Shown: positions 46,901-55,600 of the stretch, in pieces | Layout of the letters: every line of letters starts with the position of its first letter | How positions within the stretch are numbered: the first letter of the stretch is position 1 | DNA from: Nitrospirota bacterium | GTDB taxonomy: Bacteria; Nitrospirota; Thermodesulfovibrionia; Thermodesulfovibrionales; Magnetobacteriaceae | NCBI GenBank assembly: GCA_015233895.1 | Contig: JADFXG010000011.1 | Location: 37,212-101,211, forward strand | Direction: 5' to 3' | Length of the DNA: 64,000 nt | Translations under genes and position numbers: made by a program | Notes under the pieces: generated by a model | The model's input: only the letters and a program-made list of their open reading frames with translations | Database searches by the model: none | Told to the model about the DNA's origin: nothing

Positions 46901-48291
46901 TAACCATGTGTCACATAGACCTTAGAGCCATCCGGCGTCACAACTACTCCGTAAGGATGATCTCCAACACTGATTGTGTTTGAGACCGTGTTTGAGGTTG
47001 TGTCTATTACCTTAACTGTATTTGCACCGTAATTTGCCACATAGACTTTAGAGCCATCAGGTGACACGGCTACCCCTACCGGGTGACTCCCAACGGTGAT
47101 TGTGTTTGAGACCGTATTTGATGTTGTATCTATTACTGAAACGTTATTTGAGCTGTAGTTTGTTATATATGCGTTGATAGCCGTAGTGGTTGTAGTGGTT
47201 GATGCCGTAGTAGTGGTAGTGCTTGATGCTGCTGTGGTTGTAGTGGCAGAATAAACACCAGTGGAAATATAGCCACTACCTGAGCCGCTCAGAGCAAGGA
47301 GTTTTGTCCCATCTGACGAGGATGCTATTCCATACCAATACGCATTACCAGCAGCTGTTTGTTGTGTCCACGTAGCACCTGAATCTGTTGATGTATAAAT
47401 ATAGCCCTTTACACCAAGAGTAGGATTACATTCTACAGCGGCGAGCATTGATCCATCTGATGAGGATGCTATGCCCTTCCAATGTATAGGACCAGAAGCA
47501 GCCTGTGGTGTCCATGTTACGCCTGAATCTGTTGACGTATAGATATAGCCTCCGGAGCCGGTACCATAGTAATCTACAGCAGCGAGCTTTGTTCCATCTG
47601 TTGAAGATGCTATGCTTACCCAATATCTGCTTCCGGCACTAGTTTGCTCAGTCCATGAAGTACCTGAATTGGTTGATGTGTAAATATAACCATAAGCATA
47701 AACTCCGGCGGCGAGTTGTGTCCCATCTGATGAGGATGCTACAGTTTGCCATTCACGATTACCAGCAGCAGTTTGTTGTGTCCACGTAGAGCCTGAATTT
47801 GTTGATGTGTAAATATAACCAGTATAAGGACTACTATAAGAGGAATGTGCAGCGATGAGTTTTGACCCATCTGATGAGGACGCTATGGCTGACCAATATC
47901 TGCTACCAGCAGCAGTTTGTGATGTCCATGTAGAGCCTGAATCCGTTGACGTATAGATGTAGCCTCCACTACCAAAGTTAATATCAAAAGCAGCGAGTTT
48001 TGACCCATCTGATGACGATGTTATTGCATACCATTCTCTTATCCCAGAATTTGTTTGAGCAGTCCACGTAGCGCCTGAATCTGTTGATGTGTAAATATAA
48101 CCACCACTACCGTTACCTCTATCAACAGCAGCGAGTTTTGTACCATCTGATGATGATGCTCCTGAGCTCCAAGCTCCGGAACCATAATTAGTTTGCGCAG
48201 TCCACGTCCACTCTGCATAAGACACTACAGGCAAGAAAAACAGAAGCGTCAATATCACAATACACTTAATCGTTAGGATTTTGCCTCTCAT
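43918..48291 (-). CDS. Giant secreted mosaic protein: Asp-box propeller, Thr-rich linker, YVTN-type propeller, Thr-rich linker, second Asp-box propeller, 4 B-repeat modules, type B CTD (ends CENGY)
   Basis: I prefer the start MRGKILTIK at 48291 (GAAGAGG RBS). Signal peptide ..LPVVSYA|EW. The YVTN-like repeats read NTVSVIDTTSNTVSNTITVGSHPVGVAVSPDGSKVYVANYG (about 46265-47180). The 79-aa B-repeat modules lie at about 44335-45280. The CTD is LPYLSTNSANPSYCMASNRSSQDLTVNFTV...RCKSVLLECYQGTLNPKRLLTGHVCENGY. Confidence 0.8.
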   Translation of the reverse strand: MRGKILTIKCIVILTLLFFLPVVSYAEWTWTAQTNYGSGAWSSGASSSDGTKLAAVDRGNGSGGYIYTSTDSGATWTAQTNSGIREWYAITSSSDGSKLAAFDINFGSGGYIYTSTDSGSTWTSQTAAGSRYWSAIASSSDGSKLIAAHSSYSSPYTGYIYTSTNSGSTWTQQTAAGNREWQTVASSSDGTQLAAGVYAYGYIYTSTNSGTSWTEQTSAGSRYWVSIASSTDGTKLAAVDYYGTGSGGYIYTSTDSGVTWTPQAASGPIHWKGIASSSDGSMLAAVECNPTLGVKGYIYTSTDSGATWTQQTAAGNAYWYGIASSSDGTKLLALSGSGSGYISTGVYSATTTTAASSTTTTTASTTTTTTAINAYITNYSSNNVSVIDTTSNTVSNTITVGSHPVGVAVSPDGSKVYVANYGANTVKVIDTTSNTVSNTISVGDHPYGVVVTPDGSKVYVTHGYYTMNTVSVIDTTSNTVTNTITVGTNPGSIVVTPDGSKVYVLNTIPETVSVISTNTNTVSTTIKVGSAGASGTYGSQPNSLAMSPDGSKVYVVTNRYNVFVISTATDIITATINVPLYAFGAVVTPDGSKVYVTESYTTHVPVISTATNLVSNIITVGSDPRGVSVTPDGSKVYVANYGSDNVSVISTASNTVSATISVGTQPYAMGNFITPNTSASTTTTTAASSTTTTTATTTTSTTTTTATTNLWTWTARDTSKNRYGVASSADGTKLIFGTYLGYLYTSTDSGVTWTPRATDTARYWSKVASSSDGTKLLAAASGGYLYTSTDSGVTWTPRAIDASRNWSALASSSDGTKLVAAVQAGHIFTSTDSGVTWTEQTSSSSLYWSSVASSSDGTKLAAVDFTPGYIYTSTDSGVTWNVQVNSGYGDWTAIASSYDGTKLAAVTDNGYVYTSTDSGVTWTAQTGSGIKARYGIASSSDGTILLASAISTYGYLYISTDSGVTWSATANDTTRNWGGVAISADGSKTVAILGNTSDYIYTGVRAHTVTESLTNVTTDKSSPQTVNDGSTITFQFTPTSGYYITSVSGCGGTDPGAQAVNTAVSYTTGAVNSDCTVTATAAQKTQSVTETLTNVTTDKTSPQTVNYGNTITFQFTPSSGYRITSVSGCGGTDPGAQTVNTAVSYTTAAVTSDCTVTATASQKTWTIAESLTNVTETSGASTTVSDNATQTFTFHPTSGYYITSVSGCGGVTQTNLAVNTDATYTTGSITADCTVTATASRKTQTVTPSAGTGGSISPNTAQTVNYNSTTSFTVSANSGYTLSSVGGTCGGSLSGSTYTTSAITADCTVIANFSQKNSSVTYNLPYLSTNSANPSYCMASNRSSQDLTVNFTVGAVDNSTTSNYTSPRTPNTFASNLTSKQTKLITFLQNTISFNNESLTMSDTNNASLYGGFLTFTSTALYTSGTEARCKSVLLECYQGTLNPKRLLTGHVCENGY
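44335..45280 (-). repeat. Four tandem units of about 237 bp encoding B-repeat-like modules
   Basis: The protein has four consecutive 79-aa modules between YIYTGVRAH and SQKNSSVTYNLPYL. Long stretches are near-identical to the 38.2-38.7 kb block of the other giant gene. Confidence 0.65.
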
Positions 48292-48380
48292 AACCTCTTC
48301 AAAGTCCCGCAACAAACGCAACATACTACGCAGACCCCCTCCATCTTTTTGGCACAATACGCTGATATATTTAGAAAGAG

Positions 48381-48408
48381 ATTATATTAAAAAAATAATG
48401 TTTGTCAA
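48381..48408 (-). promoter_or_regulatory. Candidate promoter for the 43918..48291 gene
   Basis: On the minus strand: TATTGACA (-35 at 48408-48403), a 16-nt spacer, then TATAAT (48386-48381). Confidence 0.5.
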
Positions 48409-48566
48409 TACTATGTTCCAGAAACATTGTGACATTTGTATCCAATATCAAGGATCTCTGAAGTGCTTGAAAATGTAGATATATTAAAACCGGTCAAGCA
48501 CCTCTTTTATATGCTGCTCATCCTTTACGTAAAGCAGCGTCAATGTTTTTAATATTAGTTTACATG

Positions 48567-51008
48567 TCATATCTCAATCCTGACCTCGGCACCACTATCA
48601 CAATTTCTTACTGTTAAACTACCACCCATATTTGTTTCAATAATTGTCTTTGACATATAAAGCCCAATACCTGTCCCCCCGGCGCCCTTAGTTGTAAAAT
48701 AAGGCTCAAAGATTCTCTCTTTTATACTTTCAGGGATTCCCCCGCCATTGTCTTTTATTGAAACTATAACTTTGGATTTGCCTTCATTGTTATTTATACT
48801 AAGTTCTATCCACCCATTTATTTCAGGAGCATTTTTCTTTTTTGTTACAACTGCATCCCTTGAGTTATTCAAAATATTGAGCACCACCTGTTTAAACTCG
48901 TTAGGATATCCCTCAGTGACCAGTAATGCGTCCTGTTCAGTTTTGATAGAAATGTGTATCTTGCTTCTATTGAAAACATGTACAAACATTGACAACAACT
49001 CTTCTATGGCTGTTTTTACATTGAACAGTTGTTTTTCCTTTGCGGGAATAAAGAAGTTTTTGAAATCATCAATAGTTTTTGACATAAAGTTAATCTGATT
49101 CATTGTAGAGCCAACTATATCTTCAACATATTTATCATTAATCTCACCGCAGGAATATGTTTCGCCTAAATCCTGTATGTTTAATCCTATAGCATTCAAA
49201 GGTTGTCTCCATTGGTGGGCTATTAATCCTATCATCTCACCCATGGATGCCATCTTGGATTGTTGAATCAGCATTTGTTCCTGATTTTGTCTTTTTTCGG
49301 TCTCTGCTTTTACCATAGCCTCAAGATTGCAATTTAGTGTTTTTAAATCCTCGTCCATCCGTTTACGATCTATTGCTATGGCGTAAATAGCAGCTAAACG
49401 TTGTATGATATTAAGATCTTCATCTGTATAATCTCTCTCAGCATTTGAAAGCGCAATATTACCAATCAAATTATTTTTTATAATTGCCGGAACACACATA
49501 AAGCGCTTCACTGGAATATTCCCCTCAGGAATACAACATTTGTAAGCAGTGTGCTCTTTCGGGTTATTAGTGTAAAACGCCTGTTTTGTATCTATAGCGT
49601 ATCCCCACAAAGCATCATAGCCATCATTATCCTTTGGAAAAGCCAGTCGCAGGTATCTATTATCCACATTATACTGGCTGACTGTCTGCTCCGGCGCGCT
49701 TCTGTCTGTCTCTGAGACATATCCGTGTAAACTTTCCGTTAGTTTCATTGCCTGTTTATTTACAATTACAGAAATATCATCTATATCCATTTCAGGAGAG
49801 AGTAATGCCTCAGACACCTCTGCCACTGCTCTCTGAAAATCCAGTTCCCGTTTCATTATAGCCTGTGCTTTTTTAATGTCTGAAATATCATGAAATATTT
49901 CAAACTTATATATTGATTCGTCTATATTCCTTAATGGAGTATCGAAAAGCGAATATGTCTTGTTGTTTTTCGATGAATGCCATTCCCATGTAACGCTTTT
50001 TCCTGCAAAAACTTCATTGTTTTTACACCATGGGCATTGTTGCGTTCTGTCATGAAAATACTCGTAACACTTACGGCCATTCACTTCTCCGAACTCTTTT
50101 AGCAAAGATTTATTAATAAAATCTATATCATTGTCTTTAGTAACTATATATATACCATCCTCCATCGTATCCATTATCGATTTAAGCTTATCCCTCTCTG
50201 TTTTAATTATATCCTCCATCTGTTTCTTATAAGTTATATCTTCAACGATGGCCAGGCTAAGTGTTAGTTTATTTTCTCTTACACACAAGGGGATACATTT
50301 AAAGCTTACCCATACTATGTTTGAATCTTTACGAATATATCTTTTCTCCGTACTGAAAACTGATAAACTGCCGCTGTATAAACGTTTTAATCCATCCAGT
50401 TGTTGCGCGATATCATCTGGATGGGTAATGTTTTGCCATGTGAGTGTTGATAATTCATCGTGGGAATAACCAGTTATATTGCAGAAAGTTTGATTAAATT
50501 TAACTAATCTGCCGGAGGTTAACTCTATAATGTTAATTCCAATTGGCGCTTGCTCAAAGATAATCCTTATTTCTTTTTCCAACTCCTCGTTAGCTTTACG
50601 CAGCAGTTCGGAGTGTTCGGTAATTAACTGCTTTTGTTTGTGAAGTGCCAGAAAGGCATTTACCTTGCTTTTTAAAATCGCATCATCAACTGGTTTTACT
50701 AAGTAATCCACGGCTCCAATTTCATATCCTTTAGAAATAAATTTCTCTTCTATGCTTACTGCGCTTATGAAAATTATTGGAACCGTCCTGGTTTTGTTAT
50801 TGCTCCTGATAAAAGATGCCGTCTCAAAGCCGTCCATTTCAGGCATCTGCACATCCAGTATCACTAATGCAAACTCATCGCGCAAAAGATTCCACAGCGC
50901 CTCTTTACCGCTTACTGCTCTTACGATATTGACGTCGGGCTGGGCAAGGATGGTTTCCAGCACCAGAAGATTTTCCGCTCTGTCGTCAACAATTAATATA
51001 TTTTGCAT
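48567..51008 (-). CDS. Hybrid sensor kinase: N-terminal receiver, PAS x2, GAF-like, His-kinase core
   Basis: The receiver is ILIVDDRAENL...LVILDVQMPEMDGFE...IIFISA...DYLVKP, followed by two PAS regions and a GAF-like region. The H-box is IAHQWRQPLNAIG. The ATPase G-boxes are DNGGGIP and GTGIGLYMSK. Confidence 0.85.
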   Translation of the reverse strand: MQNILIVDDRAENLLVLETILAQPDVNIVRAVSGKEALWNLLRDEFALVILDVQMPEMDGFETASFIRSNNKTRTVPIIFISAVSIEEKFISKGYEIGAVDYLVKPVDDAILKSKVNAFLALHKQKQLITEHSELLRKANEELEKEIRIIFEQAPIGINIIELTSGRLVKFNQTFCNITGYSHDELSTLTWQNITHPDDIAQQLDGLKRLYSGSLSVFSTEKRYIRKDSNIVWVSFKCIPLCVRENKLTLSLAIVEDITYKKQMEDIIKTERDKLKSIMDTMEDGIYIVTKDNDIDFINKSLLKEFGEVNGRKCYEYFHDRTQQCPWCKNNEVFAGKSVTWEWHSSKNNKTYSLFDTPLRNIDESIYKFEIFHDISDIKKAQAIMKRELDFQRAVAEVSEALLSPEMDIDDISVIVNKQAMKLTESLHGYVSETDRSAPEQTVSQYNVDNRYLRLAFPKDNDGYDALWGYAIDTKQAFYTNNPKEHTAYKCCIPEGNIPVKRFMCVPAIIKNNLIGNIALSNAERDYTDEDLNIIQRLAAIYAIAIDRKRMDEDLKTLNCNLEAMVKAETEKRQNQEQMLIQQSKMASMGEMIGLIAHQWRQPLNAIGLNIQDLGETYSCGEINDKYVEDIVGSTMNQINFMSKTIDDFKNFFIPAKEKQLFNVKTAIEELLSMFVHVFNRSKIHISIKTEQDALLVTEGYPNEFKQVVLNILNNSRDAVVTKKKNAPEINGWIELSINNNEGKSKVIVSIKDNGGGIPESIKERIFEPYFTTKGAGGTGIGLYMSKTIIETNMGGSLTVRNCDSGAEVRIEI

Positions 51009-51016
51009 ATATATTC

Positions 51017-51580
51017 TTACCTCGATAATTCGTTAAGTTTATCAGCAATCTCAGGCAAATTTAAAATATAGTCAACCGTGCTTTCATTGATTGCTGCCAG
51101 GGGCATTGCTGGATATTGTGCGCTTTCAGGGTTTTGTACTATCGTTGTGCCTCCCCGCTCTTTTATCCTCTTTAAACCCACACTGCCATCACTGTTGGCT
51201 CCGGTCAATATTATACCAAAACAGTGCTTAGTAAAAGCATCCGCGGCAGTTTCAAAAAGCACGTCTATCGATGGACGGGAATAATTTACACGTGGATCCA
51301 CTGACAGAGAAAACGTTTTGTCGTCTTCTATCAGCAGATGATAATCCGGCGGAGCAATATATATAAAACCATTTTGAATTTTTTCCTTATCCTCTGCATA
51401 TTTGACCTTTAACCGGACAATTTTGCTGAAGAAATGAATTAACTCATCTTTTGTATCCCGATGCAAGTGTAATACCACTATGACAGGGAGGGGAAAATCG
51501 TCGGGCAACCCAATTAAAAGTCTTTTAAGCGCTTCAATCCCACCGGCGGATGCGCCTATTACAACAGCCTCATACTTCAT
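51017..51580 (-). CDS. cheB: CheB-type protein-glutamate methylesterase, catalytic domain only (no receiver)
   Basis: AVVIGASAGGIEAL (Ser), VVLHL (His) and ILTGANSDGSVGL (Asp) triad motifs. At 187 aa it has no receiver domain. Confidence 0.8.
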   Translation of the reverse strand: MKYEAVVIGASAGGIEALKRLLIGLPDDFPLPVIVVLHLHRDTKDELIHFFSKIVRLKVKYAEDKEKIQNGFIYIAPPDYHLLIEDDKTFSLSVDPRVNYSRPSIDVLFETAADAFTKHCFGIILTGANSDGSVGLKRIKERGGTTIVQNPESAQYPAMPLAAINESTVDYILNLPEIADKLNELSR

Positions 51581-52436
51581 GGCACTCCTTTTGGGAATTT
51601 GAGACAGGGTTTCTTTTATATATCTTTTCCTCTTTCAGAACCTGTATATAATTGTTGGAAAAGCTTGAGAGCCGAATGGTTTCTTTTGAACCCAGGCAAA
51701 GATAGCCGCCCGTCTCCAGCGATTCGGTAAATAATCCAAACACTCTGTTCTGCAGCTCTCTGTTAAAATATATCAACACGTTTCTGCAAAAAATGATGTT
51801 CATCTCACCAAACACACCGTCTGATGCAAGGTTATGAACTGAAAACACTACGTTTTGTTTTAACGACTGATCAATTATAGCACAATCACCTTCAGTTGTG
51901 AAGTAATCGCTGAATGAGTGCATCCCTCCGGTCTGTAAGTAGTTGGAGGCGTATTTTTTTAATAATTTCAGATCAAAGATGCCCTTTTTTGCACTATTTA
52001 GCGCTCTCTCGCTGTAATCGGTTGCGTATATTATGGTTTTATCGTAAAGGTTTTCCTCTCTTAGCACTATGCTAAGGGAATACACCTCCTCGCCGGTTGA
52101 GCAGCCTGCTACCCAGATTTTTAGAAATGGCAATTGGCTTAGCTCAGGAATTATAGTTTTTCTCAAAGTATGAAAGAACTCAGGGTCACGGAACATCTCG
52201 GTTGTGCTTATCGAAAAATCCCCGAGCAATTCTACAAAAAACGGCCTGTCATATATCACTCTGTTAATAATTTCAGTTATCTTGTTTATCCCCGATACAG
52301 ACATCCTGTGCTTTATTCTTCTTTTTATCGAGGCTTTTGAATAATTTCTGAAATCGTATCCGTACTTTGAGTGTATAGCCTCAAGAAGGAGCATTATTTC
52401 TAAGTTTTCATTGTCTTCGTTATCGTAGTAGTCCAT
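51570..52436 (-). CDS. cheR: CheR-type protein-glutamate O-methyltransferase
   Basis: The N-terminal helical domain is LLLEAIHSKYGYDFRNYSKASIKRRIKHRM, followed by TEMFRDPEFF. The SAM motif is IWVAGCSTGEEVYSL, followed by IFCRNVLIYF. It overlaps cheB by 11 nt. Confidence 0.85.
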   Translation of the reverse strand: MDYYDNEDNENLEIMLLLEAIHSKYGYDFRNYSKASIKRRIKHRMSVSGINKITEIINRVIYDRPFFVELLGDFSISTTEMFRDPEFFHTLRKTIIPELSQLPFLKIWVAGCSTGEEVYSLSIVLREENLYDKTIIYATDYSERALNSAKKGIFDLKLLKKYASNYLQTGGMHSFSDYFTTEGDCAIIDQSLKQNVVFSVHNLASDGVFGEMNIIFCRNVLIYFNRELQNRVFGLFTESLETGGYLCLGSKETIRLSSFSNNYIQVLKEEKIYKRNPVSNSQKECHEV

Positions 52437-52470
52437 ATGCTATACCTGTTTTATACCGTTAATAAAAAAA

Positions 52471-52615
52471 GACATGGATTCCTGCCTGCGCAGGAATGAC
52501 AGAAAAAAGACGGAATAACAGAAAATAAACTCCAGCCTCCTTTGTCATCCCGCACCGCCCCTTTGTCATCCCGCATCACCCCTTTGTCATCCCGCACTTG
52601 TTGCGGGATCCAGTC
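52471..52615. repeat. Intergenic repeat cluster: two related hairpin palindromes in inverted orientation flanking three 21-bp tandem repeats
   Basis: Hairpin A at 52478-52497 is ATTCCTGC-ctgc-GCAGGAAT. Hairpin B at 52589-52609 is ATCCCGCA-cttgt-TGCGGGAT. Their flanks GACATGGA.. and ..TCCAGTC are mutually reverse-complementary. CCTTTGTCATCCCGCA starts at 52539, 52560 and 52581. Confidence 0.85.
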
Positions 52616-52655
52616 CTTTTTTTCCCGTAATTTATTTTGAAGGTTAATTTCTGTC

Positions 52656-55600
52656 TCATTGATATAGCCAAATTCGTAACAGGGACAGAAGTCTGTCCTT
52701 ATCAACAGGTTTTGAAATATAATCGTTTGCTCCGGCCTCTATGCACCTCATTCTGTCTTCTTTCATTGCCTTAGCGGTGAGAGCTATGATCGGTATCTCT
52801 TTATATTGTTTGATTTTCCTTACCTCACTTATTGCTGCGTAACCGTCCATCTCCGGCATCATTATGTCCATAAGTATAACCTCAAGTGTATCGTTTTTCT
52901 TTAATATATCGAGGCACTCTGTCCCGTTTCTTGCCGTAAACACGTTCATTCCCTCCCCCTCAAGTATGCTCGTTAAGGCAAACACGTTTCTGGAATCATC
53001 ATCGGTTACCAGTATGTTTCTGTTCTTAAATATATGCTCTTTATCGTGCACTCTCAGGAGTATCTTCTGTTTTTCCTCCGGCAATTGTGATTCCTCAAGA
53101 TGTAAAAACAGCACGATTTCATCAAGCAGCCTGTCGGGTGATTTTACAGTTTTAAGCACTATCCTGTGGGCATACATGTTGAGTTTTATCTCATCCCCGA
53201 CACTAAGCTGTGAGCTGTTATAGATTATTACCGGTATGTTGCACAGTGTTTCCGAGTTTTTTATTATATCTAAAAAAGTGAAACTTACAGGCTCATTATC
53301 TGTAATATTCATTATTATAAAATTATACTGATTAGATTCTACTATCTTTTGAGCTTTTTTTGCCGACACATAATCCACGCCCACGTAAGTGTTTTTTAAC
53401 AGTTCCTTAAGTGCCGTCTCCTGTTGAATATTAAGGTTAATTGCCAGAATCTGTTTTTTTTCATCAGAGTAGATACTTTCCAGTCTGTTGAAAGCCTCTT
53501 CAATGTTTTTCATGTTGACGGGCTTTGTTAAATAGCCGACACTGCCGGATTTCATAACATCTATGTTTTTTTCCGATGCAGATATTATGTGTATTGGAAT
53601 GTTGCGCGTCTCCGAGGAGTCTTTTAACCTTTCAATAACCGTCCAACCATCTAAATCTGGCAAACCCATGTCCAAAATTATCGCATTAGGTTTATATTTA
53701 TGTGCGTACCCTATGCCGTGTCCTCCGTCCTGTGCTATTATGCACTTATAGCCTCTTTCGCGGCTTATTTCCAGCAGGATTTTTGCAAATGCTATGTCAT
53801 CCTCTATTATTAAGATTGATTTATCATCCGGTGACATGCTCTCCCTGTCATCCTCTGACACTTTTCCTATCAATTTAAGTTGGGATTTGCTCTCCAGTGT
53901 TTTTTCAGAGAGTACATCAGAAGGAGCAACGTGTTGTACGTCAGGTATAAGTATGGTAAAGGTACTGCCTGAGCCAACCTCACTCTTAACTGTTATTTCA
54001 CCTCTGAGCAGCTTAACCAATTCTTTGGATATTGTAAGCCCAAGCCCGGTGCCTCCGAACCGTCTGCTCGTTGTTCCATCGGCTTGTTTAAAAGCCTCAA
54101 AAATAACTCCTAACTTATCCGCATGAATTCCAATGCCGGTGTCGGAAACTGAAATTGACAATGCGTTGCCGAGAGAATCCTTGTCTATCATTACCCTGAT
54201 GAAGCCTTTTTCTTCTGTAAATTTAATGGCATTTGACAGCAGGTTTCTGATTATCTGCTCTGTTTTTTGAACATCGGTGTGAATATACTTTGGTGCATTT
54301 TCTGATACAATCACTTGTAAAGACAAATTCTTTTCCTCTGCAAAAGGTGAAAATGTCCTCACTATAAATGTTTTCAGCCTGTCTGTCTCCATGGCCCCGA
54401 TGTTTAATTCAACTTTGCCGGCCTCGACTTTTGACAGATCCAGAATATCGTTTATCAATAGCAGAAGGTCATTGCCCGATGAGTAAACCGTTGAGGCACA
54501 CTCCACTTGTTTTTCTGTAAGGTTGCCCTCTTTATTTTCCATGAGAAATTTTGAAAGTAACAGGACACTGTTAAGCGGTGTTCTCAACTCATGCGACATG
54601 TTTGCCAGGAACTCTGATTTATACTTGCTCGTTATTTCGAGTTCCCTGGTTTTTTGAAGGTTAAGCTCCTGATTTCTTTCAAGTTGTATGTTCTTTTTCT
54701 TTATCTCATCCCGTTGTTTTTCCATAAGGCGTGCGTGTTCCTCGAGCTCCTCGTTGGCCTGCCTGAGTTCCTCCTGTTGTTCCTGAAGCTTAAGTTCAGA
54801 GGCTCTCAGCGTCTTTGTCTGATTTGCCAGAGCCTCATTGTTAGCCCTTAATTCCTCCTGCTGTTCCTGAAGCTCCTCGGACTGGTTTTGGGTAAGAATC
54901 AAAAGTTCTTTCATACTATCCCGTGATTGTACTACGCCGAAAGATATTGCAATAGCCTCGGAAACAGATTTCATAAACTCCATATGACGTTCTGTGAATG
55001 CTGTGAATGCTCCCAGCTCTATAACGCCTTTTACCTCACCGTTATAAATAAGCGGCGTAACCAATATGTTTGAGGGTGCGCTCTCTCCCAGCCCTGATGT
55101 TATCTTTATATAATCTTCAGGAACCTCTGTTAATAGTATGCTTTGTTTTTCCAGCGCAGCCTGACCTGTCACTCCGTCTCCAAATGCAAATTCGTTAGAC
55201 AAATTCTTTCGTTTTGTGTGTGCATATGTGCCGGTTAGCTTCAGGGTGTTTTGGGTTTTCTGCGTCAGGTAAATTGCTCCTATCAGTGCTCCCATGTATT
55301 CGGAAATAAACACTATCAGTCTTTGAGAAAGAGTTATAACATCCTGTTCGCCGCGCATTATTTCGCCTATTTGTGTGTATCCTGTTTTTTTCCAGTCCTC
55401 GATGTCTCTGTCAGAAGATATATTGCGTAAGTTTTCCGTCATAAGCAGAAACGATTTGGATAACTGGCCTATTTCGCCCCGCTCTGATACATCTATGTTA
55501 ATGTTTAAATTACCTGAACCTATTTCTTTGGTTATTAGTATTAACCTTCTAATAGGAGAGGTAATGCTCCGTGTAAAGATAAACGCAAATACACTGCAGA

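Noticed and set aside
48292-48357. Upstream start of the 43918 gene (MCQKDGGGLRSMLRLLRDFEEV...), and similar N-terminal extensions at 43686..43733, 34026..34040, 21839..21865 and 25904..26029
   Set aside because: In each case an internal start with a better RBS directly precedes the signal peptide or TM segment. The extensions also overlap promoter-like sequence or the upstream gene.
31101-48357. Numerous 60-126-aa ORFs on the + strand and in alternative minus frames inside the propeller genes (for example 32189..32536, 33428..33808, 37305..37502, 45677..45937)
   Set aside because: All are nested in long, motif-rich minus-strand genes. Their periodic sequence mirrors the blade repeats of about 120 bp, so they are repeat-induced shadow ORFs.
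52539-52601. Possible CRISPR array (short direct repeats)
   Set aside because: There are only three directly abutting 21-bp units with no unique spacers, and no cas genes in the window. This is a tandem repeat, not a CRISPR.
52451-52705. An 84-aa ORF with RDDKG(V/A)(M/V) repeats between the hybrid kinase and cheR
   Set aside because: The repeats are the in-phase 21-bp DNA tandem repeat read as protein. The ORF overlaps the kinase 3' end, has no RBS, and spans two hairpin palindromes. I treat it as non-coding repeat DNA.
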